Below are positions 19,151 through 27,773 of a stretch of 38,384 bases of DNA, piece after piece. The notes under the pieces are model-generated. The model did not search any database and had not been told where the DNA came from. It saw only the letters and a list, made by a program, of their open reading frames with translations. A program made the translations under genes and the position numbers. Numbering within the stretch: position 1 is the first letter of the stretch; every line of letters starts with the position of its first letter. The stretch comes from Bacteriovoracia bacterium (GTDB lineage Bacteria > Bdellovibrionota > Bacteriovoracia > Bacteriovoracales > Bacteriovoracaceae), in assembly GCA_046570105.1 (NCBI GenBank), contig JBKHVI010000025.1, positions 1-38,384 of the forward strand, written 5' to 3'.

Positions 19151-22100
19151 ATGAAAACGACGTTTAACCTGTTCACGCCGATCATCGTTCTAGCAGCACT
19201 CGCAGTCGGGTGTGCTAAAGAACAAAACTACGAGAAGGTCTACAAAGAAAGTGTCTTCACCAAGAGCGCTCTCTCGACTGATCCGAACGACCCATACGTG
19301 TATGTGCCATCAGTAGGTGAGACACCTAAAGATGTAACAGCATCTCGATCTTTCTGGATGGGCGAGCAAAAGCTCGTGACGTTCAAATACGAAGAAGACA
19401 AGCTTGTCGTAGAAGAGCTTCCTCGCGAAGACCGCTTCTCTGGCAATCGCAATAACTTTAGCCCAGTTATGGAATTCAGCATCGAGCACAAGGATTTCCG
19501 CTGTAAGGAAGACCAGTTCGGTGAGTGTGCTAACCAAGAAGAAGAAGTGAACGATAAGCCTTGGCAGTCAAAGCGTTATGCTAAGATTGACTTTGCTTCA
19601 TTGAAACTCGATGAAACCAATACACTTCCTGAACAACTCACGAATGCCTTTATGGGGTGTTACGGTGAAGGCAAAACTGTTGTTAAAGAAGTCAAAGTCG
19701 AAAAAGATGCTTTGAATATTCAAATCACCAAGACTTGGAAGGCCGATATCGCTTGTGCGGATATCCAGACTTTTGCTGATCTTCGTAATATGTCTTTCAC
19801 TGTTAACTACTTCTATTCATTTGTTAAGCTCTCGAAGCTCGCTTCGCAAGGCTACGAAACAATCAAATATCCATTTGAAGACCAAAACAGCTTTGGTTAC
19901 TTCACAACGGAAATGACGAAGTTAACAGCGGATAACCGCACTCGCGATGATTCTAAAATGGTGATGATGAACCGTTGGAATCCAAACCGCAAAGAAATCG
20001 TTTATTACTTAAATGACGCTTTCTACAAAGAAGGAATGGAGTCAATCCTTGAGAACACTAAGCAAGCGATCGCGACAATTAACAACTCGTTTGAAAAAGC
20101 GGGTGTTGATATGCGTATTAAGTTAGAGGATGGTCGCGGCAAAGATATCGGTGATCTTCGTAATAACTTCTTGATCTTAGTCGATGATCCACAAGCATCA
20201 GGTGTGATTGGTTACGGCCCATCAATTGCTAACCCACGCACTGGTGAGATTCTTAAAGCTCAAACAGTTATGTACTACGGTACAATTAAGAAATTTATCT
20301 CTGAAACTTACGATGAGCTTATTGAAGAAAAAGCGGCCGAAGCCGTACGTGTCCAAGCTGGAGCTGAGGCTTCACGCGCAGGTGTCACTTCAAATGTAGC
20401 AGTCAGCTCAGATAATAGTGCACGCGTCCAATCGCATAATGCTTTGTTGCAGAGATTGACATCAACTCGTCCAGTAACAGCTGTTCAAAATACTCAACGC
20501 CGTGTGAACACACGTGTAGGAATGTCTCTTGATATCAAGAAAGAAATGTTCAACCCTGCTCGTAAGATTGAATTGAAGCACTGGCTTGATCAGTTGAAGA
20601 ATCGCAAAAACTTGACTGAAACAGAAATCGCTAAGGCCCAATTGAATGAAATGAGCCATCGTTGCTTCTATCACTCAAGCCTTGTGAACTGGCACGATTC
20701 TCTCGCCTCAGATATCTCGGCCGAAGGTCTTGGTATTGAAGAGTTGAAGCCTTGGAATGATCTTTCTGAGTCAGATAAAGAAAAAGTTATCGCTAAATTA
20801 ATGCCGAATGTTTGGGTACCAACTTTGGTTCACGAGTTTGGTCATAACTTGGGTCTTCGCCACAACTTCAATGGTTCAGAAGATAAGAATAACTACTACT
20901 CAGCTCAGGAACTTCGTTCTCTCAATATCAAGCGCGATGTGACCTACTCTTCAGTGATGGATTACAGTAACTCTAGCTTGAATCAGCTTCCGGTTATGGG
21001 TAAGTACGATATCGCTGCTCTTCGTTACGGGTACAAGCGTGAAGTTGAATTAAAAGACGGATCGATTGCAAAACTTCCAGCTGGTGTAACTCTTGATGAC
21101 CTCAAAAAGAGTGGTCAAGACAAGGACTTGCGTGAATTCCAATTCTGTACGGATGAACACGTAGAAGTGAACCCAGGCTGTAACCGCTTTGATGATGGTT
21201 CTGGTCTTAAGGCCATCGCTGAGAACTTTGTTAATAACTACAAGAAGAATTACAACAAGCGTAACTACCGTAACCGTCGCTTGAACTTTGACAGCTACAG
21301 CGGTGACGTTAATTACTACTTCGGTCTTGATTATACTTTCGAATCACTTCGTCGCTTCTTTGAAGTCTACGATCGCTTGGGTAACCTCTATCCAACTTTG
21401 ATCAATGCAAACTGGGATGAAGAAATCGAGAACGCAGAAGATGAAGCGACTCGTGAAATTATCCGCTCAAATAAAGAGTTCTTTGAAGGAATGAAAGATG
21501 CAGCGATGGTTGCAGCTGACTTCTACTTGGAAGTATTGAATACTCCAGATGTTCACTGTGCGATTTTTGATACACAGCTTAAGCGCATTGTCGCCTTGTT
21601 ACCACTCTCTCAATTCGGTGGCGAAGCTGATTCATGCTTCAGCCCTGATGTTCGCTTGAATCCTCGCTACCTCTCTGTTGGTCAGACTGGTAAGTTTATC
21701 AATAACCAACGCTTTGATAGTTCATTGCCTGGTGAATTGAATGCCGATCCTTCACAGATCTCAGTCCGTGGTATCTGGATGGATAAGGTCTTGGCGATGG
21801 AGTACCTCACAAAACGTGTGATGGGCATTTCAACTTTTGACGACTACCGTGGTAACTTCTTGGATTACCCAGTCTTCGCTGAGAAAATTACTGATACGTT
21901 GACAAGTTTGATCACTGACTCAATTACAACTGACGTCAAAATCGACTTGGTGAACGGTGAATCAATGACAGTTGAATACAGCTTCCCAGTGGGTGCTTCA
22001 CACAAGATTAAACGTTCATTCCATCCTGGATTAAACCGTTTCTTGGGTATCAACAAAGTTGAAGTGGATCTTCGTGAACTCTTGCTCCCAATCGCTAAGA

Positions 22101-22564
22101 AGTCATTTGCTCAAGCTGATGATATCGTTTCGAACTGGGGTATGTTTAATACTTTGAGTGTTGTTCGCTTGGGGCCAACGACTGTTGTGAATGCAGACCA
22201 GATCAAAAAGACAGCTGAGTTTAAAGATGCTCAGGGTCGCTTGATCTCACGCTTTGGTGCAGCTGAAGAAAATGCTCTTGCTATCGAATTAATGGAGCTT
22301 CGTGAGTTCCGTCAGATCATTGAGAAGTTCAAGCCAGAGCAGGTTGAAGCTGTAATCAAGGATCGTGAAACTCCTAAGCCGCCTGTTGTTATCACAGAGC
22401 CAACAACTGGTTCTGAAGAAACAGCGGCTGGCAATGAAGCTCCAGCAGTTTCTGAAGAATTGAAGCCTCTTTATGAGTTGCCAGTAGAAGTATTGAAAAT
22501 GTACTTGAACGAGCAGCTTCCAGCTGAAGAGCACTTGATGAGAATGTTCTTGATCATGCAATAA
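19151..22564 (+). CDS. Large lipoprotein zinc metalloprotease (metzincin)
   Basis: Lipobox LAVGC; HEFGHNLGLRH (HExxHxxGxxH); Met-turn SSVMDY; YDIAALRYGY; FCTD; NPRTGEI. ATG at 19151 after a purine-rich RBS. Confidence 0.88.
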   Translation: MKTTFNLFTPIIVLAALAVGCAKEQNYEKVYKESVFTKSALSTDPNDPYVYVPSVGETPKDVTASRSFWMGEQKLVTFKYEEDKLVVEELPREDRFSGNRNNFSPVMEFSIEHKDFRCKEDQFGECANQEEEVNDKPWQSKRYAKIDFASLKLDETNTLPEQLTNAFMGCYGEGKTVVKEVKVEKDALNIQITKTWKADIACADIQTFADLRNMSFTVNYFYSFVKLSKLASQGYETIKYPFEDQNSFGYFTTEMTKLTADNRTRDDSKMVMMNRWNPNRKEIVYYLNDAFYKEGMESILENTKQAIATINNSFEKAGVDMRIKLEDGRGKDIGDLRNNFLILVDDPQASGVIGYGPSIANPRTGEILKAQTVMYYGTIKKFISETYDELIEEKAAEAVRVQAGAEASRAGVTSNVAVSSDNSARVQSHNALLQRLTSTRPVTAVQNTQRRVNTRVGMSLDIKKEMFNPARKIELKHWLDQLKNRKNLTETEIAKAQLNEMSHRCFYHSSLVNWHDSLASDISAEGLGIEELKPWNDLSESDKEKVIAKLMPNVWVPTLVHEFGHNLGLRHNFNGSEDKNNYYSAQELRSLNIKRDVTYSSVMDYSNSSLNQLPVMGKYDIAALRYGYKREVELKDGSIAKLPAGVTLDDLKKSGQDKDLREFQFCTDEHVEVNPGCNRFDDGSGLKAIAENFVNNYKKNYNKRNYRNRRLNFDSYSGDVNYYFGLDYTFESLRRFFEVYDRLGNLYPTLINANWDEEIENAEDEATREIIRSNKEFFEGMKDAAMVAADFYLEVLNTPDVHCAIFDTQLKRIVALLPLSQFGGEADSCFSPDVRLNPRYLSVGQTGKFINNQRFDSSLPGELNADPSQISVRGIWMDKVLAMEYLTKRVMGISTFDDYRGNFLDYPVFAEKITDTLTSLITDSITTDVKIDLVNGESMTVEYSFPVGASHKIKRSFHPGLNRFLGINKVEVDLRELLLPIAKKSFAQADDIVSNWGMFNTLSVVRLGPTTVVNADQIKKTAEFKDAQGRLISRFGAAEENALAIELMELREFRQIIEKFKPEQVEAVIKDRETPKPPVVITEPTTGSEETAAGNEAPAVSEELKPLYELPVEVLKMYLNEQLPAEEHLMRMFLIMQ

Positions 22565-22568
22565 TGAG

Positions 22569-22597
22569 AAGGGCCCTCTTTGAGGGCCCTTTTTTTT
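22569..22597 (+). terminator. Rho-independent terminator
   Basis: AAGGGCCCTC-TTT-GAGGGCCCTT followed by a T-run, between convergent genes. Confidence 0.85.
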
Positions 22598-23876
22598 ACT
22601 TCATCATTTCAATCCACACCGCTTGCAAATCCATCTTTACTCCCAAACGTTTGAGCGTTTGAAAAACCCCACCAAGTTTACGATGTAAAAAGATAAGTTC
22701 CCTCGGGGGTGGACTGTACTTAAGCGCTCGAGCGAATTCGAGAGAAACTTTTTTTGAGTTTTCAGAGTAAGTCTCATGAGCAAAGTCAAAAATGCCTTCA
22801 TGCCTAAAAGGTGCAATAACGACGTCCATCATTTGCAGATAAAGATTTTTAACATCCTGTGATTCTCTGTTGTCGAGTAGCCCGAAGCTTTCTGAGACTG
22901 CAATCAGCTCTGGGTGTTGGCGATGCATTGTGTGAGAGAGCACCTGGCGATAGGTATGACGAAATTCAGTTGAATAGGTTTTGCTGGCACCAAAATCGAG
23001 GACAATAAGCTCACAATCTTTTCCCACTAAAAAGTTCCCCCAGTTGGGGTCTGTTTGCACTAAACCACAGCGTAAATACTCATGGAGAAAAAGCTCCATC
23101 ATGCGTTCACCAATCAATTGCTTGTCAGCTTGAGTGGCGATCATCGACCAATCTTTGAGTTGTTGGCCTTCGAGATATTCCATCACCAGGACTTTTTCAG
23201 AGGAAAGTTCAGGAATGGGCCTTGGAATACGAAAGCCGGCATGAGTCTTAAAATTCTCATAGTAGCTTTGCATGAATTTAAGCTCTGCGAGATAGTCGGT
23301 CTCTTGATGAAGGGTATGGCGGATCTCTTCAAAAAGTGCAGTAAGGTCGGCCTTCTTGCCAGTAAAGAAAAAGAGTTTCTCCACGAGGTTTCTCAGCAGG
23401 GCGACATCTGAATCGATTGTCAGCGCCACGCCGGGAAACTGAATTTTAAGGGCAATCTTTCGTCCCTGATAAACTGCAGTATGAACTTGGCCAATACTGG
23501 CGCTGGCGATGGGTCGATTTGAGATTTCAGTTAAATCGTTAAATCTGTCGCCTAACTCTGCTTTTAAAATAGGTTCAATGCTCTCAAAGGGGAGCGAGCT
23601 CCCTTCTGACTGAAGGCGACTTAAAACTTCGATCACCTCCGGTGGAAAGAGATCGGTGGCCTCAAGTCCCAGGAGTTGGCCGGCCTTCATGGCGGCACCC
23701 TTCATCTGGGAGAGGGTTTCCACCAATAGACGGGTCTGTTCCACTCTTAAAGCGAGTTTTTGCACCTGCTCAAAGGCCTTGCCAGGAAGACGGGCCTGGG
23801 CCTCCCGGGCAACGACTTCTCCCGCCAACTTTAAGAGCTTCGAGCCACGGGCCCATTTGGACTGAGGAATATTCAT
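22596..23876 (-). CDS. ABC1/AarF/UbiB family atypical kinase (COQ8-like)
   Basis: MKGAAMKAGQ (KxGQ), ASASIGQVH, ALKIQFPGV, VQTDPNWGNF, LDFGA, FLHRKLGG. Confidence 0.92.
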   Translation of the reverse strand: MNIPQSKWARGSKLLKLAGEVVAREAQARLPGKAFEQVQKLALRVEQTRLLVETLSQMKGAAMKAGQLLGLEATDLFPPEVIEVLSRLQSEGSSLPFESIEPILKAELGDRFNDLTEISNRPIASASIGQVHTAVYQGRKIALKIQFPGVALTIDSDVALLRNLVEKLFFFTGKKADLTALFEEIRHTLHQETDYLAELKFMQSYYENFKTHAGFRIPRPIPELSSEKVLVMEYLEGQQLKDWSMIATQADKQLIGERMMELFLHEYLRCGLVQTDPNWGNFLVGKDCELIVLDFGASKTYSTEFRHTYRQVLSHTMHRQHPELIAVSESFGLLDNRESQDVKNLYLQMMDVVIAPFRHEGIFDFAHETYSENSKKVSLEFARALKYSPPPRELIFLHRKLGGVFQTLKRLGVKMDLQAVWIEMMK

Positions 23877-24054
23877 GGCACCATCTTAAGACCAAAATCA
23901 CAGTTCGTAGACGACTCATCAGGCCGTCGAACTAAAGGCCAGAATTGGGGGCCTTTTGGCCCTGGTGGTGTCATTTTTCCTTACAAATATTATCTCTTAA
24001 AACGCCTGCTGTTGCGCTCTCCTGACTCGAGGTAAAACTGTGAAGGGAGTTCAC

Positions 24055-24192
24055 ATGCGCGAGCCTTGGCGTAGTCTTTGTTATGTTCTTTTAGTGGGAA
24101 GTCTTCCCCTGGCGTTTTGGTATGCTCTCATGCCTCACCGACGCCGTCTTAAGCGAAACGCAACACAGAAAGCTATTAGATCTGAGGGATAA
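24055..24192 (+). CDS. Small single-pass membrane protein (45 aa), absent from the ORF track
   Basis: MREPWRSLCYVLLVGSLPLAFWYALMPHRRRLKRNATQKAIRSEG*; GAAGGGAG RBS 5 nt upstream; hydrophobic segment then basic tail; terminator downstream. Confidence 0.55.
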   Translation: MREPWRSLCYVLLVGSLPLAFWYALMPHRRRLKRNATQKAIRSEG

Positions 24193-24221
24193 ACGGAACT
24201 GGTTCCTGAGGATCTAAGACA

Positions 24222-24252
24222 GGGGGGAGGGTCAAACCTCCCTTTCTTTTTT
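24222..24252 (+). terminator. Rho-independent terminator
   Basis: GGGAGG-GTCAAA-CCTCCC followed by a T-rich tract. Confidence 0.65.
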
Positions 24253-24320
24253 ACACCCTTAACCCATCGATAAACGGAATCACGCTAGAGTGGGGCATTA
24301 CCTTAATGAAGGAGTCCCCA

Positions 24321-25574
24321 GTGCGCCATTTGGTACTTGGAGTGTGCTTTGCTGCCACTCTAACAACAGCGAGTGCCCATCCGCTGCTCAATGATCGAGA
24401 AGCGACTTCCTATGTCTTAGGATCTCGCACTGAGCGTGAGCTGGATAACTTAGGGGCCACCAAAGAAGCTTTTGAGCCAGTCTTCAAGGAAGTTCTTGAA
24501 AACCTAAAAGGTGAGGCATGCGCATTTTCTGTAAATGCTGCGTGGACTGCTAAGATTGGTCAGTTTCCACAATTTGCAAATGACCGTGAGATGTTTATTA
24601 AGGGTCTTCGTCAATCTGGTTTGATTGATGACATGGTCTTGCGCTTACTCTTGCAGGCCCACTACGTTCAAAAAGATGTAAACACGAAGCTTAATGACGA
24701 ACTCAAAATGCCTGAAGGTGAAGTGCCTGAAGACATGCGTCCGATGAAAGAGTTCTCACAAAAACGCGCTCGCGGAAAATGCTTGCATGAAACAGTTCGC
24801 GAACTCTTGGCGGCTTACCGTCAGGGTGACAAAAACTTCTCTCCAAAAATGCTTCGTACCAAAATCAATGTAGCTTTGAAGCAGAAATATATTACTGCTC
24901 TCGCTCATGAAGAAATCGCCGAAGCTCTTTATGATGATATGCCTACCTGGCAGATCTCACTTGCTGATTACGTTCAAAAGCGCACCTTCTTGCGCACGCA
25001 GTTCCCATTGCCTGATGTGACTGAGCGCTCAGAGTTCGTTACTGAACGTGCGGGTAAAGAGAAAGTCTCTTACCGTCAAAGACTTTACCTCACTTACACT
25101 CCGATCCAGATCACACTCATGGGTGATGTCATCAAGAAGCTTAAAGAGCGTCTTGAAAGTCCTCGTATCGAAATCCTAGTTTATGATTTGAGTGATGAAG
25201 TTCGTGAGACACTTACGCTTGATCCGATGGAGCGCTTCCGCTTTGCTATCCGAGTACTACGCAAAGAGATGAAGCTACTTACGACTAATACATATTTTGC
25301 TGGTCGCCAGCCAAGTTATACCGATCTGATGACTTCGGCCTATGAGCGCGGTCTGATCACCGCACTTGAGCTGGATGAAGTCGCCAAACTTGAAGAGATC
25401 TGGAATCCAACTAAAACGTTCTGGGACAAAGCTTCTTCATGGGTACGTATGTTCGGTGGTGTATTAGCGGTTGTGATACCTCCTCCTTATGGCTTTATTC
25501 CATCTCTAGCGATCGTTGGAATTGAAGCGATGGTGAAGGATGCTCCTCAAGACGATCAAGACAGTTTGTTTTAA
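24321..25574 (+). CDS. Exported helical protein with C-terminal hydrophobic hairpin, unknown function
   Basis: GTG at 24321 with AAGGAG RBS; signal peptide ending ASA; C-terminal FGGVLAVVIPPPYGFIPSLAIVGI. Confidence 0.75.
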   Translation: MRHLVLGVCFAATLTTASAHPLLNDREATSYVLGSRTERELDNLGATKEAFEPVFKEVLENLKGEACAFSVNAAWTAKIGQFPQFANDREMFIKGLRQSGLIDDMVLRLLLQAHYVQKDVNTKLNDELKMPEGEVPEDMRPMKEFSQKRARGKCLHETVRELLAAYRQGDKNFSPKMLRTKINVALKQKYITALAHEEIAEALYDDMPTWQISLADYVQKRTFLRTQFPLPDVTERSEFVTERAGKEKVSYRQRLYLTYTPIQITLMGDVIKKLKERLESPRIEILVYDLSDEVRETLTLDPMERFRFAIRVLRKEMKLLTTNTYFAGRQPSYTDLMTSAYERGLITALELDEVAKLEEIWNPTKTFWDKASSWVRMFGGVLAVVIPPPYGFIPSLAIVGIEAMVKDAPQDDQDSLF

Positions 25575-25580
25575 AGGACA

Positions 25581-26816
25581 ATGAAAATGAAAACACTATT
25601 AGCTTTAATTCTTCTTGTCCCTACATTGAGCTTGGCTCAAGACACCTTTGAAATGAGTTCACGCGTGGTCATGCGCAGTGAAAGTTTCAAACCGATTATT
25701 CGGACAATGGAACTCTCACATCTCACTTCACCTGATAGCTTTGATGGTAAGTACTTCAAAGTTGTTAAAGGGAAGGATGAAGAGGCCGTGCGCTTTAACG
25801 AAGAGGATGAAGCACTTCTTCTTCGTGCAGCAACAACATATTTTCACTTAAACAAAGCACGTGACTGGTTTGTGCGTGAGCTGGACTCACAATACGTCCA
25901 GAAATTGCCTAAGCTCACGATCCGTTTAGATTTGACCAACCAGTTTAATGAACTTGGCCATTTCGCTAACGATAAGCTTGATCCTCAGTATAACAACGCT
26001 CTGACTATTCCTGCCGGCAAAGGTATCGAAGGCCGTGGCATTAAGCCTTGGGAGATGGAGATTTGGTTCCGTCCAGTTAAGAAGGTTCATATTGATGAAT
26101 TGAAAATCAAAAACGACGGTATGGGTGAATGGGGAGGCGTTCTTGCATCTTTCCGTAAACAAATGCACATGTCGACTTTTCAGCGCTTCCTGGCACAGTT
26201 GATTCAAACTCAGACTTCTGATTCTCCAACTATCATGGAGCAGACGTTTGGTTGGGAAAACCTCATTCGCGTTGCTGGCACAAGTATCTTTCTTGAACTC
26301 GCTTATCAGTACGCTGATCCACTTGCTCGCGTATTCTCACGTAAGTGGTTCTGGCTTGATTCAGCGCTTGTTCCAGAAATCATCTATCATGAGTATGCTC
26401 ACGTAGCTCTCTCGGATCATTTGGTGCTTTCTCACTCATCTTCAGTGATTGAAGGCATGGCAGACTTCTTTGCAGGCCAGATTGCTGATAGCCCAAATTT
26501 GGCGACCAAGATTAAGAACTACAATACCTTTAATGGCAAGAAAGCGACTCGTAAGCAACAGTACCAAGTCGAATTCGAAACGACTGATTGGGCGAATAGT
26601 GACTTCGTCTTCGGTATGTTGTGGGATTTGAATGCCATTGTTGGCGACGAGAAGTCTCCGCAGTTCGTTTATTCTCTTCGTGAAAAGATCAATACTAACT
26701 CGACGATCAGAAAGCAGCTCATCGAAGGTATCTTGAAGACCTGTGAAACGGATTGTGCTTCTCCGTTTGTTGATCGTGTGAAGATTCTTCGCCGCTACAA
26801 CTCGCGCGGTATCTAG
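25581..26816 (+). CDS. Exported gluzincin-type (thermolysin-like) zinc metallopeptidase
   Basis: Signal peptide ending SLA; YNNA motif; IIYHEYAH then EGMADFF (third Zn ligand) and LWDL. Confidence 0.75.
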   Translation: MKMKTLLALILLVPTLSLAQDTFEMSSRVVMRSESFKPIIRTMELSHLTSPDSFDGKYFKVVKGKDEEAVRFNEEDEALLLRAATTYFHLNKARDWFVRELDSQYVQKLPKLTIRLDLTNQFNELGHFANDKLDPQYNNALTIPAGKGIEGRGIKPWEMEIWFRPVKKVHIDELKIKNDGMGEWGGVLASFRKQMHMSTFQRFLAQLIQTQTSDSPTIMEQTFGWENLIRVAGTSIFLELAYQYADPLARVFSRKWFWLDSALVPEIIYHEYAHVALSDHLVLSHSSSVIEGMADFFAGQIADSPNLATKIKNYNTFNGKKATRKQQYQVEFETTDWANSDFVFGMLWDLNAIVGDEKSPQFVYSLREKINTNSTIRKQLIEGILKTCETDCASPFVDRVKILRRYNSRGI

Positions 26817-26858
26817 TCGCTGGTTGCACTTTGGCGCTAGCTTGCTGACTCAAATGAT

Positions 26859-26886
26859 AGAGGGCCTTCGGGCCCTCTTTTTTTTT
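26859..26886 (+). terminator. Rho-independent terminator
   Basis: AGAGGGCC-TTCG-GGCCCTCT (cUUCGg loop) plus T-run. Confidence 0.9.
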
Positions 26887-26933
26887 GCCCAATCTTAACG
26901 TTTGCTATGAAATTTAGAGAGAAAACAGAGTAT

Positions 26934-26957
26934 TAAATGGTGCCGATGTGGCACCGT
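26934..26957. promoter_or_regulatory. Palindromic operator-like motif, copy 1
   Basis: TAAATGGTGCCGATGTGGCACCGT, dyad GGTGCC-N5-GGCACC; 21/24 identical to 36204-36227. Confidence 0.55.
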
Positions 26958-27061
26958 GGAATAAAGTACAGGTAAGCTTTTTAGCCTTGAGGAAAATGGG
27001 GGGGCGGGTTACAAGCATTGCAAGATTTTTTTACCAACAAACCTTTTCCTCTGGAGGAAAT

Positions 27062-27640
27062 ATGTTCAAGAAGTTTTTCGTAGGTTTCTTGGCATTCGCA
27101 TTTGTCTCTGTACAAGCGAACGCCGTTTCTAACAACTCTCTCAAGACTGCTTTTGACGAGTTGAACTATGCTTTGTCTGTTGAGTGGAACCAAACTGACC
27201 GCGCGTTCTACGACGCTCAGATGGGCAAGTTCACTGAGCAAGTTAAAGCTCTTCAAGCTCAAGGTTTGACTAACGCTGAGTTGGTTGAATTCGCAACTAG
27301 CAACATCAAAGATGCTAACCTTGCTAAAGAAGTTAAGAACGCAATGACTCTCGTTCAGATCAACAAGCTTCCAGCTAACGAAGCTCGTAAAATGGTTATG
27401 GAGACTATCTCTAAGACTTACAACCGTGGTGCTTCATGGTCTAGCGACGGTATCCTTTACGGCGCTCTTATCGTGTTGATCCTTGTTGCTGTTATCGCAG
27501 CAGCTGGTTCAGGCGGCGGTTCTTCTTCAGGCGGCGGTTCTTCAACTACTTGTTACGATGAGTACGTATGTTACGACTACTACGACTCTTTCGGTTACTA
27601 CTGGTACTCTGACTGTTTCTACGAAACATACTGCTACTAA
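27062..27640 (+). CDS. Exported protein with GASW motif, hydrophobic helix and Cys/Tyr-rich tail (paralogue 1, 192 aa)
   Basis: GGAGG RBS; signal peptide ending ANA; ELNYALSVEWNQ..QGLTN; tail CYDEYVCYDYYDSFGYYWYSDCFYETYCY. Confidence 0.85.
   Translation: MFKKFFVGFLAFAFVSVQANAVSNNSLKTAFDELNYALSVEWNQTDRAFYDAQMGKFTEQVKALQAQGLTNAELVEFATSNIKDANLAKEVKNAMTLVQINKLPANEARKMVMETISKTYNRGASWSSDGILYGALIVLILVAVIAAAGSGGGSSSGGGSSTTCYDEYVCYDYYDSFGYYWYSDCFYETYCY
27508..27543 (+). repeat. Perfect 2 x 18-bp tandem repeat encoding the Gly/Ser linker
   Basis: TTCAGGCGGCGGTTCTTC twice. Confidence 0.9.
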
Positions 27641-27662
27641 TCCCTTCGTCGGATCATTAGCT

Positions 27663-27699
27663 AAAAAGATAGGGAGACTTCGGTCTCCCTTTTCTTTTT
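27663..27699 (+). terminator. Rho-independent terminator
   Basis: GGGAGAC-TTCG-GTCTCCC flanked by A-rich and T-rich tracts. Confidence 0.9.
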
Positions 27700-27773
27700 G
27701 GGCACTTACAACGGTGCGTTGACGGACCCTTCCAGGCGAGCTACAAAAGCCGTTCTTAAATTCTGGAGGATCC

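Noticed and set aside
27007..27022. Sigma54-like element GGTTACAAGCATTGCA before paralogue 1
   Set aside because: GG-to-GC spacing is 11 rather than the required 10.
27572..27613. YYDSFGYYWYSD resembles an antibody CDR-H3 segment
   Set aside because: Short low-complexity aromatic match; compositional convergence, not evidence of homology.
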